Of a DNA stretch of 64,000 nucleotides, positions 50,844-58,330 are shown piece by piece. Under the pieces are notes generated by a model. The model worked only from the letters and a program-made list of their open reading frames with translations, was not told the origin of the DNA and searched no databases. How positions within the stretch are numbered: the first letter of the stretch is position 1; each line of letters starts with the position of its first letter. The DNA is from an uncultured Actinomycetes bacterium (lineage in GTDB: Bacteria; Actinomycetota; Thermoleophilia; Gaiellales; Gaiellaceae): positions 568,290 to 632,289 of the forward strand of contig CAVYYY010000003.1 in NCBI GenBank assembly GCA_963772855.1, written 5' to 3'. A program made the position numbers and the translations under genes.

Positions 50844-51946
50844 TTCTGACGTCGCGTACCCGAGAGGGCGTCGAGCCCCTCGGAGAAGCTCACGTACGGA
50901 GTCGCGGGCGGCGCGGCGCTTCGCTCGAGACGTCGCTCCTCGTCCCCGAGCGCCCGCTCGCCGCGGCTGAGCGCCTCTTGCCGGGCTGCGAGGCCGGCCT
51001 GCGCGCGGACGACCTCCGCCTCGCGTCCCGCGATCGCGTTCTCACGTCCTGCGATCGCGTTCTCGCGTCCCTTCAGCTCGGCCTCGCGTGCCGCGAGCCG
51101 TGCTTCGGCCTCGTCGACTCGTGCGAGCTCACGCTCACGCGCGTCGAGAGCTCCTGCGCGGGCATCGACCTCGGCCAGACGCTCTGCGAGGTGGCGTTCC
51201 TGCTCTCCCACGCTGCGCTCCGCATCGGTGCGCTCGATCGAGGCCTCCTGCTCCGCGGCCTCGAGAAGCGCGGCACGCCGGTCGAGATCGTCGCTCGCGC
51301 GTGCAATCTCCTGCCGTGAAGCCTCTCCTGACGCCTGCAGCTCGGACTGCGCCTCGGCAAGCTCGCGCTGCCGCTTCTCCAACTCGCGCTCCCGCTCGTG
51401 CATCCGCGCGAACGAGCTCTCGAGCTCGGCCTTCCGTCGTTCGTGCGCGGCCTGGGCCTCGCCGTGCTGCGCCTCTTTCGCCGTCAGCGCAACAAGGGCG
51501 TCCTCGATCTCGATCTCTCGCGCCCGCAAGGCAGCTTCGCGTGCCGCGACGTCGCGCTCACGAGGCGCTAGCGCGTCGGCCTGCGCCTGGACGTCCGCCT
51601 CTCGTCGCTCGAGCAACTCCTCGGTGTAGGCGTGGTCTGCGTCGGGCGTCGGCTCGGCCGGTTCGGCGCGCTTCAGCCTGAGCCACGACTCCCGCCGGCG
51701 GTCGCCCGACTCGGCGAGGTCACGTTCGCGCCGCTCGACCTCGAGCTCGCGCCGCGAGACGTCGGCGGCGCGCTCGCGCAGCGCGCGCTTCATGTCCTCG
51801 AGCTCGACCAGCTGCTGCGTCTTCTGCTCGCGTCGCTGGTCGGCGAGGCGGCGCGCCAGCTCGTGCAGCTCGTTGCGGTCCGGCTCGTCCGGCTGGGCCC
51901 ATGTGCCCTCCCAGCCCTCTTCCCACGCGTCCCCCCGGTGCTCCAT
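50840..51946 (-). CDS. Glu/Arg/Ala-rich coiled-coil protein
   Basis: 368-aa ORF dominated by heptad-like charged repeats (RERELEKRQRELAEAQSEL). It contains a tandem GRENAIA duplication. Confidence 0.6.
   Translation of the reverse strand: MEHRGDAWEEGWEGTWAQPDEPDRNELHELARRLADQRREQKTQQLVELEDMKRALRERAADVSRRELEVERRERDLAESGDRRRESWLRLKRAEPAEPTPDADHAYTEELLERREADVQAQADALAPRERDVAAREAALRAREIEIEDALVALTAKEAQHGEAQAAHERRKAELESSFARMHERERELEKRQRELAEAQSELQASGEASRQEIARASDDLDRRAALLEAAEQEASIERTDAERSVGEQERHLAERLAEVDARAGALDARERELARVDEAEARLAAREAELKGRENAIAGRENAIAGREAEVVRAQAGLAARQEALSRGERALGDEERRLERSAAPPATPYVSFSEGLDALSGTRRQN
51029..51070. repeat. 2 x 21-bp near-perfect tandem repeat inside the coiled-coil CDS
   Basis: The plus strand reads cgcgatcgcgttctcacgtcc / tgcgatcgcgttctcgcgtcc, with 2 mismatches. 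It encodes GRENAIA-GRENAIA. Confidence 0.85.
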
Positions 51947-51999
51947 GCCCAGAGCGTAGCGCGGTCATTCGGCGGCAAGGCGACGGCGCGGAAGAACAG

Positions 52000-54462
52000 C
52001 TAGCTGCTGATCACGACCCGGCGTGCGCCGTCACGCTGGACGCGGACGGCGTAGTCGCCGCCGCCCAGCGGCTCGGCGGTGAACGTTCCGCCGAGGGCGC
52101 GCGCCGGCCGGAAGCGCAACCGCAGGGTCTCCGCGCCGGCCGGATCGAATGTGCGGTACGCGACCGTGTTTCGTCCGTACGACACCGTCTGGACGACCGA
52201 CGTCGAGCCGAGCAGATGGTTCTGACGGAGCGGCGCGAGCTCGGGGATCGCCGCCATGGCCCAGTTGAAGCTGCGGAGGTAGTCGCCGTACCCGTCGCTG
52301 AACCAGTACGTGTTCGTCGGCCGCCGTCCGCAGCAGGAGATGCGCCCGTCCGACCCCGCGAAGTACGTCGCGTAGTTCAGCGAGCGCACGGCGAGCTCGC
52401 GCGCCCGCACGTCTCCCGTGCGGGCGTAGAGCAGCGCATTCACGGCCGCCCAGCGTGATGTCGTGCTGCCGAGGCCGACGCGTGAGCAGCAACCCGGCTT
52501 GCCCGGCGCACGTTGCTCGTCGATCGCCCAGGCGCCGTCGAAGGGACCGCGTCCGAAGCGTGCGCGCACGTACTGCAGCAGCGCCCCCGTGTGCTCCTTC
52601 CAGAGTGGGTCGCGATCGGAGTGTTCGAGCAGATAGAGCGCGGTCAGCGTCGGCGGAACCTGGTTTCGGCTCGCGCGGTTGTACGGCACGTCCTCGTAGA
52701 AGCCGCTCCAGTCGTTGCGCGGAAGCTGGACGCGCAAGAGCCATGACCACGCGACGTTGCGGGCGCGCTCGTATGCGGGGACGTCTCCTGCGCCGAGCTC
52801 GATCAGCTCGTCGAACAGCTGTAGCGGGCCGACCACCGCGCCGCCGAACTGCGCACCGTCCAGGACGGCGCCCGTCCGCGCGTTCACGCGGAACGGCCAC
52901 GGAGTGTGCGTCGCGTCGCCGGCCCTGACGTGGCGGGCGAGCGCGTTCGCCGACGCGATCGCGGCCGTGAGGTATCTCCTTTCTCCTGTCAGCTCGTGGA
53001 ACTGGAGGTATCCGCGGCCGAGGAGGCCGACCTTGTCCGGCTCCGTCCCGCCGTAGAAGCGCCGGGGCATCCCCGCGAGGCAGCGGCCGTACGTCCTGTC
53101 GCCTGCGCAGCTCGTCGCGAACGGAACACGGGGCCAGGCCCAGCCTCGAGGGGTCGTTCCGTGTGCAAGCTGGTAGTCGAGGACTCCGCGCACGGCGGCG
53201 ATCGCGCGGCGATCGCCGGAGTACGGATACCAGGCGACGAGGGAGTCCACGAACGATGCGTTGAGGAACGCGGGATTGTGCTGCCAGTAGACGCCGCGCA
53301 GGGTCGTGCCGTCGAAGACCGCGTAGTTCGCGTAGACCTTCGCTCGCGTTCTCGGGTCGACCGGGACGCGGCGCTCGATGAAGTTCCACCCGAGGCGGAG
53401 GACGCGGTCGTACCCGAGCCCCGCGCTCGGTCGGTACCACGCGAGGAGCCGTCCGCTGCCGTCCTTGACGGCCGCGTGCCATGGGAGCAGCGGATGGACG
53501 AGGCGCGCCGGCGCGCGAGTCATGGCGGCCGCGCGTGTCGGCAGCAGCCCGAATTGTCTCAGCGCTGGGATGAGCATGAAGTACGGACGCATGTCGGCGG
53601 AGTGCGGCCAGCTCCCGGTGAACGTCTGGAGCGGCGCCACAGGATTCAACCGCTCCAGCGTGCGGACGAGTCTCACCGATTGGCCTCGCGCCGGCACGAC
53701 CCGGTCCGCGCCGCTCCACCACAGCTGCAACGGGACGCCCGACAGTGCGATCGCGCGCGCATAGTGGATCGGGCTGCGCGCCGCATAAGCGTGCGGACGC
53801 GTGCGCGGCGTGCCTCCGACTTCGCGGACGGCGAGCCTCCTCAGTCCCGCGCCGAGCGTGCTTCGCCATCCCGACAGACAGCGCCGGTTGCAGCGGAGCC
53901 GTGAGAAGTCGCGGTAGCGCCGCGCGAGATCGGTGACCGCATCGAACGCCGCTGCGCCGGCGAGCACCGAAGGATGCCGCGCGAGGAGGAGCAGCGTCTC
54001 CTGCCCGCCCATGCTCGCGCCGAATGCATAGACGCGGTCGCGCCGAATGCGCAGCCAGGGGATCGCGCGCGTGACGATGTCCGGCATTCGCGCCAGGTCC
54101 TCGACCTGTCCGCGGTATCCCCACGAGAACCGGCGGAGTCGTCGACCCTGCCCTTCGGGGTTGACGACCGCGAATGGCCCGAGGGCGGGGAGGTTGCCCC
54201 AGCGGTCGACGTTCTCCATCGCGGACACACCGCGGCCGTGCGGCGAGATGACGAGCGGAAGCGGTGGGTTGCGATCCGGCCCGTACCAGTCCGGGAGAAC
54301 GACGTGCGCTGCGCGTCGTTCTCCGTCGTGTGTTCGATACTCGATCGTCACGACGCGCACGTGCACTTCATCCCAGCCGTTGCGCGACGCAGGGCTCGCA
54401 CTCGCTCCGCCGGCTGCAACGGACAGTACGAGGAGCACGCAACAGAGACCTCGGCGGCCCAT
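52000..54462 (-). CDS. secreted alpha/beta-hydrolase (esterase/peptidase-like) fused to a large uncharacterised C-terminal domain
   Basis: Intact at 820 aa with a signal peptide. The N-terminal ~270 aa carry the nucleophile elbow GASMGG. The C-terminal ~530 aa are Trp/Tyr-rich, possibly an alpha/alpha-barrel (inference). Confidence 0.6.
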   Translation of the reverse strand: MGRRGLCCVLLVLSVAAGGASASPASRNGWDEVHVRVVTIEYRTHDGERRAAHVVLPDWYGPDRNPPLPLVISPHGRGVSAMENVDRWGNLPALGPFAVVNPEGQGRRLRRFSWGYRGQVEDLARMPDIVTRAIPWLRIRRDRVYAFGASMGGQETLLLLARHPSVLAGAAAFDAVTDLARRYRDFSRLRCNRRCLSGWRSTLGAGLRRLAVREVGGTPRTRPHAYAARSPIHYARAIALSGVPLQLWWSGADRVVPARGQSVRLVRTLERLNPVAPLQTFTGSWPHSADMRPYFMLIPALRQFGLLPTRAAAMTRAPARLVHPLLPWHAAVKDGSGRLLAWYRPSAGLGYDRVLRLGWNFIERRVPVDPRTRAKVYANYAVFDGTTLRGVYWQHNPAFLNASFVDSLVAWYPYSGDRRAIAAVRGVLDYQLAHGTTPRGWAWPRVPFATSCAGDRTYGRCLAGMPRRFYGGTEPDKVGLLGRGYLQFHELTGERRYLTAAIASANALARHVRAGDATHTPWPFRVNARTGAVLDGAQFGGAVVGPLQLFDELIELGAGDVPAYERARNVAWSWLLRVQLPRNDWSGFYEDVPYNRASRNQVPPTLTALYLLEHSDRDPLWKEHTGALLQYVRARFGRGPFDGAWAIDEQRAPGKPGCCSRVGLGSTTSRWAAVNALLYARTGDVRARELAVRSLNYATYFAGSDGRISCCGRRPTNTYWFSDGYGDYLRSFNWAMAAIPELAPLRQNHLLGSTSVVQTVSYGRNTVAYRTFDPAGAETLRLRFRPARALGGTFTAEPLGGGDYAVRVQRDGARRVVISS

Positions 54463-54591
54463 CGTCCCGATGATTCCACCGGTTTCGCCGTCTCACAAGA
54501 GGCCGCGGCAATCCGAAGCCCTCGCGGCTGCGTACGTCGGTTCTGAGGGGTCGAACCGCCGGCCCCGGCCCACCTTGGAGGGAGGAATTCC

Positions 54592-55428
54592 GTGAAGAGG
54601 TTGCTGTTGATCGTCGGGGCCGCCGCGCTGGCCGCAGCTCTGACCATTGCGGGCGGGGCAGGGGCGCGGAGCCAGGCGAGCACGGCCCGCATCGCCGCCG
54701 CGATGACCGCCGCGAACGAAATACCGACGCCGAAGGGCGACGTGAACGGCGCACGAGGAGTATTCACCGCGATGCTGACGAAGACCGACTCCGGTGCGTC
54801 GATGGCGTGGAAGCTGGACTTCTCCAACCTGAGCGGCAACGCGATTGCCGCACACGTCCACGTCGCCGACCGCGGGAAGTCCGGTCCGGTCCGCGTGCCT
54901 CTCTGCGCACCGTGCACGAGCGGCACCACCGGCACTTCGAACATCGACGCGGCAGTGCTCGACGCGATCCAGACGGATCGCGCCTACGTGAACGTCCACA
55001 CGGTGCAGAACCCCGCCGGCGAGATTCGTGACCAGGTCACGCTCGTCGCCAACGCGACGACGGCTATGCGAGCGTCGCAGGAAGTGCCAAAGCCGAAAGG
55101 CAACGTGAGGCGTGCGTCGGGGATCTTGACGGCGGCCGTGACGAGGTCCGGCTCGACCGGCGTGCTCACGTGGCGCCTGACGTTCAAGCGCCTGACGGGC
55201 CGCGCGCTCGCAGCCCACATCCACATCGGTGCACGCGGCAAGGCGGGACCGGTGGTCGTCCCGCTCTGCACGCCGTGCAGAACGGGCGCCCGCGGTCGCG
55301 CGACCCTCAGCGCGGCCGTGCTCTCCGCGCTCGAATCCGGCCGGGCGTACGTGAACATCCACACCAAGCGGAACCCGGCCGGCGAGGTGAGGGGACAGAT
55401 CAGAGCCCTTGCTTTGACGGTCTCCTAG
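54592..55428 (+). CDS. secreted protein with two tandem CHRD domains
   Basis: 278 aa with a GTG start after GGAGGGAGG and a signal peptide. Two ~120-aa repeats each contain AAHVH/AAHIH, a CxPC pair and AYVNVHT/AYVNIHT...NPAGE(I/V)RGQ. Confidence 0.75.
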   Translation: MKRLLLIVGAAALAAALTIAGGAGARSQASTARIAAAMTAANEIPTPKGDVNGARGVFTAMLTKTDSGASMAWKLDFSNLSGNAIAAHVHVADRGKSGPVRVPLCAPCTSGTTGTSNIDAAVLDAIQTDRAYVNVHTVQNPAGEIRDQVTLVANATTAMRASQEVPKPKGNVRRASGILTAAVTRSGSTGVLTWRLTFKRLTGRALAAHIHIGARGKAGPVVVPLCTPCRTGARGRATLSAAVLSALESGRAYVNIHTKRNPAGEVRGQIRALALTVS

Positions 55429-55441
55429 ACCTCGGTGTGAC

Positions 55442-55485
55442 GCGGGGCCCGGCTTCTTGCCGGGCCCCGCTCGTCTCTCTTTTGC
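55442..55485 (+). terminator. intrinsic terminator between convergent genes
   Basis: A perfect 12-bp stem GCGGGGCCCGGC / GCCGGGCCCCGC with loop TTCTT is followed by TCGTCTCTCTTTTGC. It lies 14 nt after the CHRD gene stop. Confidence 0.75.
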
Positions 55486-55497
55486 TTGTCCCGAGCC

Positions 55498-57657
55498 CTA
55501 GCAGGGCTGCGACGGGAACTTGTTGCCCGAGTTGATCGGGCCGCGTGCCGCCGGACCGCCGGTGCTTGGAGTCGGCGACACCCACAGCGGACGCTGCTTC
55601 GCAGGGCAGAGCGTCGAATTCATGACGCCCGAGTTCACCGAGTCGCCGATGGTGGCCGACGTGTCGAACGGGCCGTCTGCGCGACCCGGGTAGCGGCCGA
55701 TGTAGCCGGAGACGAACTTGATGTTCGTCGGCGACGGGTTCGAGCCGTTGACGAAGAAGCCCGAATGGCCTCCGCCCTTGATCGTGACTCCGCTGAACGT
55801 GATGTTCGAGCCGCCGGAGATCTGGATCGCGTCCTGGTGACAAGCGATGTTGGCACCCTTGGCGGGGAGCGTGATCGTGCCGCCCGCGATCGTCAGGTTC
55901 CGCGCCGAGCCGTCGATGCCGTCACACCGGCTGTTCGTGATGGCGATCTTCGCGATCCGGCCCGTGCACTCCGGCATGAGGTGCACCGCGTCCTTCTGCG
56001 TCGACGCGGCGGTGATCGTGACCTGGAGCAGCGTCAGGTTCACCGGTCCTCGGCACCACCAGCTTCCATTCGTGCGGACGACCGATCCCGTGAGCGTCGA
56101 GCTCCACGGCTTCGGCTTCCCTGCCGGCCCCGTCGAGGAGGCAGTCGACGAGCCCTTCTTCGTGCTCGTCGTCGTTGTTGTTCGCCTTGTCGTCGTCTGC
56201 TGCTTCGACGACGAGGCCAACGCTGCCAGCCTGGCCTTGCACGCCGGCTCCTTCGGGTTGCACGGAAGTGTCGGGTTCGGGTCTACCGCTGCAGAGCCAA
56301 AGCCTGCGATCGTCGCTCCCGTCGCAACGAGGTTGTTCACGGTGACGGTGACGGCAGCCGAGGTCTTCGAGTTGCCGGCTCCGTCGACCGCACGGGCGCT
56401 GAGCGTGTGCGGGCCGTTTGAGAGTGAGGTCGAGTCGAACGAGACCTGATACGGCGCAGTGCCCGTGTTCGCGATCTGTGTGCCGTCGAGAAGGAAGCCA
56501 ACGCTGTAGACGCCGACGTTGTCCGAAGCGTTCGCAGCCAACGTCACCATTCCGGTCAGTGTCGCTCCGGCGCGGTGAGACCTCATCGAGACGGTTGGTG
56601 CTGTCGTGTCGGGAGCCGGTGGCGTCTGGTTGTTGACCGTGACCGAGATCGCCGCCGTTGTCTTCGAGTTCCCGGAGCTGTCGACCACACGGGCACTCAT
56701 CGTGTGGGCGCCGTTGTTGAGAGACGTCGAGTCGAGCAAGAGCTGGTAGGGCGCGCTCTTCACTGTCTCCATCTGAATCCCATCAACATAGAAGTCGACG
56801 TGATCGACGGCGACGTTGTCGGCGGCGTTCGCAGAAAGCGTCGCCGGCCCGGTCAGTGTCGTCCCGGCCGCCGGAGAGGTCAAAGACACGCTCGGAGCCG
56901 TTGTGTCGGGCGGAGGTGCAGCTGTCGTGGTTGTCGTCGGCTGCGGAGGCGGAGCGGCAGTGGTTGTGGTAGTGGCAGGCGGCGGAGCGGCAGTGGTTGT
57001 GGTGGTAGCGGGCGTCGGCGGCGGGGTCGGGTTGGGAGTGACGTCCGGCGGTGCCGGCGCATCGGCGTTGTTATCGATCAAGGAAAGATCGTCGATCGTC
57101 ACCGCCCCTGTTGATTGCAAACCCATGCCGACGGAGAGATTGCTGATGCCGCCAGGCAGGGCCGGCGTTGTCCAGCTCGCGTTCGTCCACGTATCCGAGC
57201 TGGGAAGCCGCGGCGATTGCGCCCACCCGCTGTAGCCTCCTGTCGAGGCGCCACGGGTGAAAGCGAAGATCACCGGCTGTGTCGCGCCTTCGGTCTTGTA
57301 CCAGACGCTGACCGTGTAAATGTGTCCTTGCGTCGCCCCTGGCGAGCAGCTGTTGTTGAACGCGCTCACGAGTGTGCGGCCACCGTTCGTCAGGCTCGTT
57401 ACCTCAAGCCTTTCAGCGAAGCTTCCACTGTGAGCGTCACCTGTGTGCTTCCAACTGAAGGTGTTGGTGCCGTATCCCCCGAGCACATAGCAGCTCGGTG
57501 CGCCTCCTGCTGCTGACTCGAGCGACGGGTTCTGTACGAGGTTGCTGCCAGCGCCGAGTGCACTTCCGCCTGTGAGGACGACGGCGCTAAAGACACCTAC
57601 GGCGATGAGTATGCGCGTGAGCGCAAAACTTTGGCGGCGGGTTTTCATTGTGGGCAC
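55498..57657 (-). CDS. secreted CBM(4/9-like) - PT linker - 2 x Ig-like - right-handed beta-helix protein
   Basis: Intact at 719 aa with a signal peptide. It has an N-terminal jelly-roll-like carbohydrate-binding region, a (TTTTTAAPPP)x3 linker, two ~93-aa repeats (DTTAP.VS...VTVNN), and a C-terminal beta-helix-like region (NLTIAGGTITL..., ISGGSNITFSGVTIKGG). Confidence 0.7.
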   Translation of the reverse strand: MPTMKTRRQSFALTRILIAVGVFSAVVLTGGSALGAGSNLVQNPSLESAAGGAPSCYVLGGYGTNTFSWKHTGDAHSGSFAERLEVTSLTNGGRTLVSAFNNSCSPGATQGHIYTVSVWYKTEGATQPVIFAFTRGASTGGYSGWAQSPRLPSSDTWTNASWTTPALPGGISNLSVGMGLQSTGAVTIDDLSLIDNNADAPAPPDVTPNPTPPPTPATTTTTAAPPPATTTTTAAPPPQPTTTTTAAPPPDTTAPSVSLTSPAAGTTLTGPATLSANAADNVAVDHVDFYVDGIQMETVKSAPYQLLLDSTSLNNGAHTMSARVVDSSGNSKTTAAISVTVNNQTPPAPDTTAPTVSMRSHRAGATLTGMVTLAANASDNVGVYSVGFLLDGTQIANTGTAPYQVSFDSTSLSNGPHTLSARAVDGAGNSKTSAAVTVTVNNLVATGATIAGFGSAAVDPNPTLPCNPKEPACKARLAALASSSKQQTTTRRTTTTTSTKKGSSTASSTGPAGKPKPWSSTLTGSVVRTNGSWWCRGPVNLTLLQVTITAASTQKDAVHLMPECTGRIAKIAITNSRCDGIDGSARNLTIAGGTITLPAKGANIACHQDAIQISGGSNITFSGVTIKGGGHSGFFVNGSNPSPTNIKFVSGYIGRYPGRADGPFDTSATIGDSVNSGVMNSTLCPAKQRPLWVSPTPSTGGPAARGPINSGNKFPSQPC
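56908..57009. repeat. ~30-bp tandem repeats encoding the Thr/Ala/Pro linker
   Basis: Plus-strand units ggcggagcggcagtggttgtggt(a/g)gt(g/a)gc recur three times, with the third copy degenerate, and encode TTTTTAAPPP. Confidence 0.7.
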
Positions 57658-58330
57658 CGCCCTTCAGTCTCGACTACGAGCGCTGCGCCCAGACCACATA
57701 GACGCAGCAGGGTGCTAGGAGTCCTCATCTCTCACCTCGCTGCAAGGACGACCACCGGCGCTGTCGAGCGGGGGAATGGAGCGCCACTACCTGGGCTGGC
57801 AACTCCGTGGCGACGGCGGCTGTCCGGGTCGGATTGCCTTTCGAGCCAGACTTACAGAGCGATCGGATAGAGCGCAAGAATCGGCCATTTGCAGGAGTCT
57901 TTCGATCGCTACCTGCGGAAACCCTGCAAGATCTACCCGAATCGCACACGGTGCGGGGCAGTTTCGACAAGCTCCGAGAGTCCCACCTGAGCAGGGGTTT
58001 CGCGGGCCGCACAACATCCTCGCGGACGCGGCGCATCCATTCAGACGTCCCAGTTCGGGCTTTGGTTGCGGTTGTCCAGTTCGTAACAACCGGAAAAAGT
58101 CGCAAAATGGGAAGATTTCACAACGCGAACTGCTCGCCCAGTCGGGGTGAGCGTTCGGAGGAGCTTGACGGCCGGATGCCGGTCTGAGATGGTCGTCCAG
58201 TCAAGTCCTGTGGGCCTTCGGGTTCGCGGGACTTGGCGTTTATAGGGGCTCTTTTCGCGGGTTTGCCGCAGTCGATGTACGGTCCGCACCGGATGGGCAA
58301 TCGCGTGCGCGGCGGGAAACTCGGGCCACC

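Noticed and set aside
52031-54124. 697-aa minus-strand ORF in an alternative frame of the 820-aa hydrolase gene
   Set aside because: It is on the same strand but a different frame from a protein with a signal peptide and GxSxG motif. Its translation is extremely Arg/Pro/Ala-rich with no motifs.
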